From assembly GCA_964628295.1 (NCBI GenBank), contig CAZVLS010000016.1:10933-74932 (forward strand): a DNA stretch of 64,000 bases, given 5' to 3'. The notes beneath the pieces were generated by a model. The model was not told the DNA's origin. It was given only the letters and a program-made list of their open reading frames with translations, and did no database searches. Source of the DNA: an uncultured Acidobacterium sp. GTDB taxonomy: Bacteria; Acidobacteriota; Vicinamibacteria; Vicinamibacterales; UBA2999. Within the stretch, counting starts at the first letter, position 1, and each line of letters opens with the position of its first letter. This document shows positions 32,939-40,653 of the stretch, piece after piece. The position numbers and the translations under genes are program-made.

Positions 32939-34177
32939 GTGAAGATCGCGTTCATCGTTCAGCGTTACGGCGCTGAGATTCTCGGCGGCTCCGAATATCA
33001 CTGCCGCCTGATCGCCGAACGCCTGGCCCTCAAGCACGACGTCGAGGTATTGACGACGTGCGCGCAGGACTACATCACCTGGGAGAACCACTATCCCGAG
33101 GGCAGCGACCGCATTCGCGGCGTGACGGTGCGCCGCTTCAAGAACTCGCGGACCCGGGACATCACGACCTTCAACCAGTACTCCGACTGGATCTTTCACC
33201 ACGAGCACACCCGTGAAGACGAGCTGTCGTGGCTCGAACAGCAGGGCCCGTGGTGCCCGCCGCTCCTCGACTACCTGCAGAAGCACCACCGTCAGTACGA
33301 CGCGTTGATCTTCTTCACGTATCTCTACGCGCCGACCGTGCTCGGCCTCGACATCGACCCGTCGCGCAGCATCCTGGTGCCGACCGCGCACAACGAGCCG
33401 GCGATCCATCTCGGGATCTACAAGGAGATGTTCAAGAAGGCCTCGGCGGTCGCATTCAACACCGAGGTCGAGAAGAACTTCCTGAAGACGACGTTCGAGT
33501 TCAAGTCGATCGCGGAAGAGACCGTGGGCTGCGGCGTCGACCTGTTGAACGACCAGGCGCAGCCGGATGATCCCGAGCCGGAGGACGAGGAAGAGATTCA
33601 CAAGCGGCTGGCGCCGCATCTGCGGGCACGCGGCGCCCAGTTCCGCCGGCGGCATCGGCTGCAGGGACAGTTTCTGCTCTACGGCGGCCGCATCGACGCC
33701 GGCAAGGGCTGCGAGGAGCTGATCGAGTACTTCACCAGCTACAAGGAGCAGGGCGGCGACGCGCAGCTCGCGCTGATGGGCGTGAAGGTCATGCAGTTGC
33801 CCGAGGTGCCGTGGGTTCGCTTTGCGGGCCTGCTCTCCGAACGCGAGCGACTGCAGGCGCTGGAGGCGGCGACGATCGTCGTGGTGCCTTCGCCGCTCGA
33901 GAGCCTGTCACTGCTGGCACTGGAAGCGATGGCGGTCGGCACGCCGGTGCTGTGCAACGCGCGCGCGGATGTACTGGTCGAGCATTGCCACAAGAGCAAC
34001 GCCGGCCTCTACTACCAGGATCGCGATGAGTTCGTCGAATGCACCAAGCTGCTGCTCGCCGACGAGCGGCTCCGCGACCGCATGGGCAGGAACGGCAAGG
34101 AATACATCAAGCGCAACTATCGCTGGGATGTGATCATGTCGAAGTACGACAAGCTCATCGGGGCGCTGCGACGATGA
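32939..34177 (+). CDS. GT4-family glycosyltransferase (type A' paralog)
   Basis: 412 aa. E-x7-E motif ESLSLLALE. N-terminus MKIAFIVQRYGAEILGGSEYH parallels the ORF at 28918. Confidence 0.8.
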   Translation: MKIAFIVQRYGAEILGGSEYHCRLIAERLALKHDVEVLTTCAQDYITWENHYPEGSDRIRGVTVRRFKNSRTRDITTFNQYSDWIFHHEHTREDELSWLEQQGPWCPPLLDYLQKHHRQYDALIFFTYLYAPTVLGLDIDPSRSILVPTAHNEPAIHLGIYKEMFKKASAVAFNTEVEKNFLKTTFEFKSIAEETVGCGVDLLNDQAQPDDPEPEDEEEIHKRLAPHLRARGAQFRRRHRLQGQFLLYGGRIDAGKGCEELIEYFTSYKEQGGDAQLALMGVKVMQLPEVPWVRFAGLLSERERLQALEAATIVVVPSPLESLSLLALEAMAVGTPVLCNARADVLVEHCHKSNAGLYYQDRDEFVECTKLLLADERLRDRMGRNGKEYIKRNYRWDVIMSKYDKLIGALRR

Positions 34178-34262
34178 AGTTTCACGTTCTAAGTTTCAAG
34201 TTTCAAGTTGAGTTTGAGTTGAGTTTGAGTTGAGTTGAGAGATTCAAGTTGAAGTTAATAGT
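34177..34262. repeat. AT-rich degenerate tandem repeat block (agtttca / agttgag / tttgag / ttgag units)
   Basis: aagtttcacgttctaagtttcaagtttcaagttgagtttgagttgagtttgagttgagttgagagattcaagttgaagtt. This is the lowest-GC stretch I saw in the window. It lies between the GT operon stop and the next start. Confidence 0.8.
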
Positions 34263-35403
34263 TATCGGACTCTTGCTGTTGCAGTTTGGACCGCGGGCGC
34301 CGCTGGCGCCTGCGGAAACGTTGCTTGAGCCGGCGACCCTGAAGGCGATTCGAGAGCAGGTGCCACAAAGCAACGTCGCTTCGATCGTCGTCGGCTCGGC
34401 TCCGGGCGGCGAGATCATCGTGAGCTGCGTGCGAGGCCAGTGCGAGACGGCGGCGCGCGCGTTGCGAAAACTGAATGCGTTGGTGGCCGCCAAAGCGATC
34501 GAGCAGCCCACGCGCAGCATTCGGATCTCCTCAGCAGTCAACGAGGCCACGGATCGCGGAACCACGGCGGTGATTCATGTCGCCGAGAAAGCCGACGGCG
34601 CCCCGCGTGTCGTGCGAGGTCTCTGGGCGACGGCGGGTGTCGGGGACGAAGCTGCGGAGGTGTTTGCCAGCTATCTGATGCCAGGAATCGGCGCGCAACC
34701 TTACACAAACCTCGGGCAACTTGGGCTCGATCCCCTCGGTATTCCGACGACCACCATCGTCGCAAACTCCACCATGTCGAGTGACGCGCCGGCGTCGATC
34801 ATTGCGGCAACGGCGTACTTTCTGGCCACGCTGCCCAATGCGGGAGCAGAGGCGTTGCTCTCGCATTTGACCGTTGGTGCACATGCCCGACTTGCCGAGG
34901 ACGGCCGCAAGGCGGTGGCGCAGATGGGCAATCAGCAGCGCGCCAGCGCCGAGGTGCTGATCATGTTCGGACAGGCGATCGAGCGGGAACAGCGGCGCAT
35001 GCGATCGTTCGAGCGATTCATGCCACAGCCGGTCGACCCGATGCTGCGCAGCCGCATCGCCGACATGGAACAAGGTATCACCAGCGTGTGGACGAGCATG
35101 GGTATCACCAGCTCGCCATTCGTGCCGGCAGCCAAACGAATTCGCGGACGCGGCGGCGAAGACCTCCGGGTCCCGTCGAGGGTCGGTGGCGGTCCGATCA
35201 CGGCGATCGCGCCACCGACAGCCTTCCTGACCTACACGGACGTCGACGTCATCCTCTACGAGCTCGCCAACTTCATCGACGGCAAGCGATCGATCAGCGA
35301 CATTCGTGATGCGGTGTCGGCAGAGTTCCGACCATTGCCGATTTCGTCGGTGACCGACTATTTCGATCGACTCGCCAAGTCCGGCGCGATTGCCATTAAG
35401 TAA
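34249..35403 (+). CDS. Hypothetical secreted protein with a C-terminal wHTH-like module
   Basis: 384 aa, TTG start, hydrophobic N-terminus MKLIVIGLLLLQ. The C-terminus ...LYELANFIDGKRSISDIRDAVSAEF... has no assignable catalytic motif. Confidence 0.45.
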   Translation: MKLIVIGLLLLQFGPRAPLAPAETLLEPATLKAIREQVPQSNVASIVVGSAPGGEIIVSCVRGQCETAARALRKLNALVAAKAIEQPTRSIRISSAVNEATDRGTTAVIHVAEKADGAPRVVRGLWATAGVGDEAAEVFASYLMPGIGAQPYTNLGQLGLDPLGIPTTTIVANSTMSSDAPASIIAATAYFLATLPNAGAEALLSHLTVGAHARLAEDGRKAVAQMGNQQRASAEVLIMFGQAIEREQRRMRSFERFMPQPVDPMLRSRIADMEQGITSVWTSMGITSSPFVPAAKRIRGRGGEDLRVPSRVGGGPITAIAPPTAFLTYTDVDVILYELANFIDGKRSISDIRDAVSAEFRPLPISSVTDYFDRLAKSGAIAIK

Positions 35404-35418
35404 TCAGTGGAGACGACC

Positions 35419-36486
35419 ATGAAGCGCGTCCTGATCCCGGTAGTACTGGCGGTGTTCGCGGCGACCACGGTTCCGGCCCAGCAGGCCAAACCGATCGTCT
35501 ACGTGCTCTCGACCGGCGGCACGATCGCCGGATCAGGCTCGTCCTCGACGGACCTGTCGAACTACAAGCCGGGATCGATCCTCGGGGAACAACTCGTCAA
35601 GGCGGTCCCGCAGATCGCGCAGATCGCGGACGTACGCGTCGAGCAGATCGTCAACGTGCGCAGCTCCGACATCACCATCGACAACTGGCTGACGCTGAAC
35701 AAGCGCATTCACGCCATCCTCAAGGAGACGCCGGCGGTGGCCGGCTTCGTGATCACCTCTGGCACCAACACGCTCGAGGAGACTTCTTACTTCCTCAACC
35801 TGACGGTGCGATCGGACAAGCCGGTGGTGCTGGTCGGCTCGATGCGCCCTGCGACCGCGATCAGCGCGGACGGCCCGCTGAACCTGCTCAACGCGGTGAA
35901 GACCGCGATTGCGCCTGAGTCTCGCGGCAAAGGCGGCCTGATCGTCATGAACGACGAGGTCAACGCCGCCCGCGACACCACCAAGACCAACACGCTGCGC
36001 GTGGAAACGTTCAAGGCACCTGAGCTTGGCATCCTCGGCTACGTCGACGAGGACAGGGTCGCCTACTACCGCGCCACCACGAAGCGTCACACGCTGAATT
36101 CGGAGTTCGATGTGACGGCGCTGACGACGTTACCGAAGGTGACGATCCTCTACTCGTACATCGAGCCGGATGCGTCCCTGATCGATGCCGCGATCAAGGG
36201 CGGAGCGAAAGGCATTGTCTTCGCCGGTACCGGCAACGGCACGCTGACGATTGGCGAAGCGAACCTCGTGAAGCAGATCAACACCATGCCGGCCGCGAGC
36301 CGCCCTGCGCTGGTGCGGTCGAGCCGCGTCGGTAACGGCCGCGTGACGCCGACCGCCGAATTCGACGCGATGGACATCGTGCCGTCAGACACGCTGACAC
36401 CGCAGAAGGCGCGCATCCTCCTGATGCTGGCCCTGACAAAGACCAGCGATCAGAAGGAACTGCGTCGCATCTTCTCGGAATACTAG
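35419..36486 (+). CDS. ansB: Periplasmic type II L-asparaginase homologue
   Basis: Collinear with my memory of E. coli AnsB: VLSTGGTIAG (Thr nucleophile), SNYKPG (Tyr), VGSMRPATAISADGPLNL, RDTTKTNT (Lys), LTPQKARILLMLALT. The HGTDT box reads SGTNT here. I prefer ATG 35419 (GGAG 6 nt upstream) over the track start 35407. Confidence 0.85.
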   Translation: MKRVLIPVVLAVFAATTVPAQQAKPIVYVLSTGGTIAGSGSSSTDLSNYKPGSILGEQLVKAVPQIAQIADVRVEQIVNVRSSDITIDNWLTLNKRIHAILKETPAVAGFVITSGTNTLEETSYFLNLTVRSDKPVVLVGSMRPATAISADGPLNLLNAVKTAIAPESRGKGGLIVMNDEVNAARDTTKTNTLRVETFKAPELGILGYVDEDRVAYYRATTKRHTLNSEFDVTALTTLPKVTILYSYIEPDASLIDAAIKGGAKGIVFAGTGNGTLTIGEANLVKQINTMPAASRPALVRSSRVGNGRVTPTAEFDAMDIVPSDTLTPQKARILLMLALTKTSDQKELRRIFSEY

Positions 36487-36490
36487 GCCC

Positions 36491-39166
36491 TTACTGCTGC
36501 TGCGCGGTGGTGGTGGCCGGGGCCGGTGACAAGGGGCCGTTCAGCAGCGCGTTGAACACCATCTTGAAGGTGCCATGCGTCTGGTCACGGTGCTGCGGCC
36601 GATAGCCAATCAGCACCACCTTGCCGGCGCCGTACTTCACTGACACGGCCGCCGCCTTCTTCGCGATCACGCTCTCACCGAGCAACCAGCCGCTCTGCAG
36701 GATGTCCCGTTCGATGTAGGTCGTCAGGATCTCGACGTCCTGGCTGCGATCCTGGCCAACCACTTCGTAGACCTGGCCCCCAGCCATGAACAGCGCCAGG
36801 CCCTCCGCGGGCATGCCGTAGGCGAGCGGGTTGGTGTTGTTGAACGTGACGCGGAGCGTCGAACCCGGCGACCAGAACGTCTTTGACGGCAAGTTGTTGA
36901 CGATGTTGCGGACCGGAAGCCCGAAGCGCTGGATCGGCAGGTCACCCGCATTGGCGAAGGTCAGCAGCGTGCCGCCCTTCTGCACGAAGTCCTGTAACGC
37001 CTTCACGCCTTCCGCGCCGAAACCGCTTCGGAACTCAGCCGGGGTATTGTCGGGACCGCCAAAACCGCCACCACCGCCGCCTTGGCCCGCCGGGGGGCGC
37101 TCGCCGGTCATGCCCGCGATCGAGTCAGCCGGCAGGATGATCGAGTCGTACTTCGCATTGAGGTTGCCGGCCTTGATTTCGGCATCCATGAGCGGCTTCG
37201 AGGTCACGTTGAACTGCTCGAACATCAACCGCGTCCAACCCTCGTCCATGTTGCCACCGCCGTAGCGCTGCAGCATCGCGATGCGCGGCTTGCGAAGGGC
37301 ATACGCACCGGTCGTGACCGGTGTCTTGAGCGCGACGAAGTCCACGCCGGTCTGCTGCGCGATCGCGGCGACATCTCCGCCGGCGACGAGGAAATCGCCG
37401 ATCTTCACATTGCCGTCGGCCGACGCCTGGCTGGCGCGGCGAACCGCGACGCCCTTGTCGAGCAGCAGGAATGCGGCGCGGAAGCTATCGTTCATGCGGC
37501 CGTCGAGCACGTATCCATTCGGTGCGCTCGCCGTGACTGCACCCACCATCGGCACCTTCGCGGTGAGCTTCGTCAGGTCGGCTGTGATCTTCTCGCCGAT
37601 CGGGTCGCTGCGCACGCCCATGAACTCACCGAACGTATCGGTGGACATGTCGTACGGGCGGATCGGATTGCCTTCGAGATCGCGCGTGTAGGTGTTGTCG
37701 GGATAGAAGGTACGTCCGAGCATCCATCGCACCAGGCCCTGTTTTGGTTGCGCCATCGAGACGATGAACGATCCCGGGCCATAGACACGGCCCTCGACGA
37801 TCAACTGGCCTTTGGTCTGGTGCACTTCAACACCGGAATCCATCAGCATGTTCACGAGCTTCTTCACGGTCTGCTTGTCGTGCTGATCGGCGGCGATCGC
37901 GTAGGCCTTCACCGGCTGCGTGAGGCCACGCTCGCTCTGACGCGAGGTCTTCAGGTACATGTTCGTGAGCAGCGTCTCGCGATTCCGAGCAGAAAGATCA
38001 ACGATCGACCAGGCGACGATCTTCTGGTTCTCGACGATGTCGCGCACACGCCACCAGCCGCCTGGCCACAAACTCGGCATCGTCGTCTGTGACTGGTACT
38101 CAGGCAGACCGCGAGTGCCGCCGCGCAGCTGGTCCGGATGCTGGAACAGGGGCGTCGCCAGGCGGGCACTGGCGGATTCATTGAGCATGCCGGCAATGTT
38201 GTGGAACGGCGTGATCCAGTGGAAGCCCATATGGCCCCAGCCCGAATAAATGGCCGCGCCGATTACGCCCGTCTTGCCGGCGGCCTCGAGCTTGGTGCCC
38301 ATGTGGCCGCCGAACCAGGTGATCTCGCGCCACACGAGCGGATCGCCATCGGGACGGATCGGTTCGGCGTACGGCGGGATGAACAGTCGCGCATTGCCGC
38401 TGCCCATCTGGTGATGATCCATGTAGGCCTGCGGCAGCCAGTCGCGATACATCAACTTGCCGATGTGCTGCGACTCGGGAAGATTCAGCGCAAAGCCATC
38501 GCGGTTGTTGTCGTGTCCTGAGTACTTCTGGTACAGCCACGGCAGGTTCGACGCTTCGTGTTCGGTGCCGACGTATTTCATGTACCAGTCGGCGATCATT
38601 TGCGAGCCGTCCGGGTTGATCGACGGCAGCACGATGCTGATCACCTGGTCGAGGTTGCGCATCGCTTCCTCGTCGGTGCGCGACAGGCTGTCGTAGACGA
38701 ACTCCGCGGCCGTCTGCGATGCCGCGACTTCGTTCGAATGCAATCCGAAGCTCTGAATCGTGACGGCCTTGCCGTCGGTCACGAGCTTCTTCACGTCGGC
38801 CTCAGGCAGGCCGCGCGGATCGGCGAGCCTGGCGTTGATCTGCCGTAACTGCTCGAGGCGCGCCAGGTTGGCCGGCGAGGAGATGAAGAGCGCAATGAAG
38901 GGCCGGCCTTCGCTCGACTTGCCGAGCTCAACGAGCTTGACGCGGTTGGAGCTCCTGGCGAGCAGCTGGTAGTACTCGTGGAGCTTGTCCCAGTTGGCGA
39001 GCTTGCGATCGGCTCCCATCTGGAAGCCGAAGAATTTTTCAGGACTGGTCAGCGCCGGCGTTTGCGCGCCAACGCGCTCGGGCGAGATCGCTGCGCCCGT
39101 CACGAGGAGCGCGAGCAGGACGGTCAAGGCACGTGTGGAGCGTAGTCTGGCTTTCATGGCCAGCAT
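36491..39166 (-). CDS. Secreted M14-family metallocarboxypeptidase-like protein (large, multi-domain)
   Basis: 891 aa with a signal peptide. HSNEVAASQ fits the M14 HxxE zinc motif. The long C-terminal extension is unassigned. Confidence 0.7.
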   Translation of the reverse strand: MLAMKARLRSTRALTVLLALLVTGAAISPERVGAQTPALTSPEKFFGFQMGADRKLANWDKLHEYYQLLARSSNRVKLVELGKSSEGRPFIALFISSPANLARLEQLRQINARLADPRGLPEADVKKLVTDGKAVTIQSFGLHSNEVAASQTAAEFVYDSLSRTDEEAMRNLDQVISIVLPSINPDGSQMIADWYMKYVGTEHEASNLPWLYQKYSGHDNNRDGFALNLPESQHIGKLMYRDWLPQAYMDHHQMGSGNARLFIPPYAEPIRPDGDPLVWREITWFGGHMGTKLEAAGKTGVIGAAIYSGWGHMGFHWITPFHNIAGMLNESASARLATPLFQHPDQLRGGTRGLPEYQSQTTMPSLWPGGWWRVRDIVENQKIVAWSIVDLSARNRETLLTNMYLKTSRQSERGLTQPVKAYAIAADQHDKQTVKKLVNMLMDSGVEVHQTKGQLIVEGRVYGPGSFIVSMAQPKQGLVRWMLGRTFYPDNTYTRDLEGNPIRPYDMSTDTFGEFMGVRSDPIGEKITADLTKLTAKVPMVGAVTASAPNGYVLDGRMNDSFRAAFLLLDKGVAVRRASQASADGNVKIGDFLVAGGDVAAIAQQTGVDFVALKTPVTTGAYALRKPRIAMLQRYGGGNMDEGWTRLMFEQFNVTSKPLMDAEIKAGNLNAKYDSIILPADSIAGMTGERPPAGQGGGGGGFGGPDNTPAEFRSGFGAEGVKALQDFVQKGGTLLTFANAGDLPIQRFGLPVRNIVNNLPSKTFWSPGSTLRVTFNNTNPLAYGMPAEGLALFMAGGQVYEVVGQDRSQDVEILTTYIERDILQSGWLLGESVIAKKAAAVSVKYGAGKVVLIGYRPQHRDQTHGTFKMVFNALLNGPLSPAPATTTAQQQ

Positions 39167-39199
39167 CTTACCCGCTGGCCCGCTCCCACTTCGATAGGA

Positions 39200-40633
39200 C
39201 TATCTCGCAATATCCATTCGCGGATCGAGTGTTCCGAGGACTGCGCGCAATCGCAGGCGGGCGACAGCCGCATCGACGAGCACTTGAATACGGCGGCTCT
39301 CGGCGCTTAACAGGCCGCTTTCAGCCGTGACCACGTCAAGGTTGTTGGACAGGCCCTTTTCATAGCGCATCCTGGCGACCTCCACTTCCTGGCGGCTGAC
39401 GTCGACAGCCGTCTGCGCCGCGATCACCTGGCGCTGCAGCCGGCCCTGATCCCTCAGCGTCCGGCGCACATCGTCTCGAATCTGGCGCTCGAGCGTCGAC
39501 ACCTCGCGGCGTCGGCGGTTGCGTTCGATCATGGCGTTCTGAAAGTCCACCTGTTGCGCGGTGCGATCGACCGGCATCGCAATCGTAAAGAACGTGGCGA
39601 ACTGGAAGCGATCCAGTCCGAAGCTATCGGTGAATGACTGCGACGTGCCGCGTCTCGTCAGGGCAAAGTTGACGTCCACCTGCGGCAGCAGCTGGTTCCT
39701 GGCCCACGACACCTGGCCCTCGGCATCCACGCCGGCCTCGGCGCGCCCGCGCAGATCGAGTCGCTTCTGCATGGCCAGCGAGATTGCCGCATCTTCGTCC
39801 ATCGGCTCGATATCGACGTTCGGCACGGCCGCGTCAACGGTGATGTTCTCGCCAGGCTGACGTCCCAGCAGGAACAGCAACCGGTCGCGGGCGTCCTCGG
39901 ATGCCGACTGCGCGTCGAACAACTGGATCTCGGCCTGGGCCACGAGCTGCTGCGCGCGCAAGACGTCCAACTGCGACACCAGGCCCGCGGTCAACTTCGC
40001 TTCGGACGCATCGCGGAGCGTCATGGAGCGCGCCACGCTCTGTTTGGCCACCGCGACGAACGCCTGTTGCGCGACGACTCCGTAATAGGCGCTGGCCACC
40101 TCGATCGACACCTGCTGTTCGGCCATGGTGCGCTGGCGAGCCGCGTCGGCCTGGCGCAGTTCGGCACTGGTCAGCGAGCGTCGCGCCACACTGCGTCCCA
40201 GCCCGCGCAGCAAGGGCTGACTGAGGGTCAGCGTCGTGTCGGCGTTGTAGAACAGGATGTCGCCTTCCCCGGTGGCCGGTGATCCCGGAATCTGCGCAGT
40301 TGACGTGCCTACACCCAGGCGCAACTCGGTGCCGGTCGTCAGGCGCTGTGTCAGGTCGAGGCGGTAGTTCTGGCTGCTGACATCGGTCTGCCCGAACGAG
40401 CCGTTGATGTTCGGCACGATCTTCGGGCGGAACGAGCTGCGCGCGAGCCGGACACTCAACTCTGCCTGCGCGGTGAAGTCCTGCTGATCGACGAGGCGAT
40501 CGTTCTTCGACAGCGCTTCGTCAACGGCCTGCGCCAACGAGAGCGTTTGCACGGGCGCCGGCGATTGCGCCGCTGCGGTGCCGGCCGTCATGGCCAACAA
40601 TCCCAGGATACCCAGGAGGGGTCGTCTATTCAT
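39200..40633 (-). CDS. TolC-family outer-membrane efflux protein
   Basis: Signal peptide MNRRPLLGILGLLAMTAGTAAAQ. Two OEP-like halves are rich in coiled helices (AELRQADAARQ..., LDVLRAQQLVAQAE...). I prefer ATG 40633 (GAGG 7 nt upstream) over the track start 40663. Confidence 0.8.
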   Translation of the reverse strand: MNRRPLLGILGLLAMTAGTAAAQSPAPVQTLSLAQAVDEALSKNDRLVDQQDFTAQAELSVRLARSSFRPKIVPNINGSFGQTDVSSQNYRLDLTQRLTTGTELRLGVGTSTAQIPGSPATGEGDILFYNADTTLTLSQPLLRGLGRSVARRSLTSAELRQADAARQRTMAEQQVSIEVASAYYGVVAQQAFVAVAKQSVARSMTLRDASEAKLTAGLVSQLDVLRAQQLVAQAEIQLFDAQSASEDARDRLLFLLGRQPGENITVDAAVPNVDIEPMDEDAAISLAMQKRLDLRGRAEAGVDAEGQVSWARNQLLPQVDVNFALTRRGTSQSFTDSFGLDRFQFATFFTIAMPVDRTAQQVDFQNAMIERNRRRREVSTLERQIRDDVRRTLRDQGRLQRQVIAAQTAVDVSRQEVEVARMRYEKGLSNNLDVVTAESGLLSAESRRIQVLVDAAVARLRLRAVLGTLDPRMDIAR

Positions 40634-40653
40634 TTGGGGGCCTCGCGGAACAG

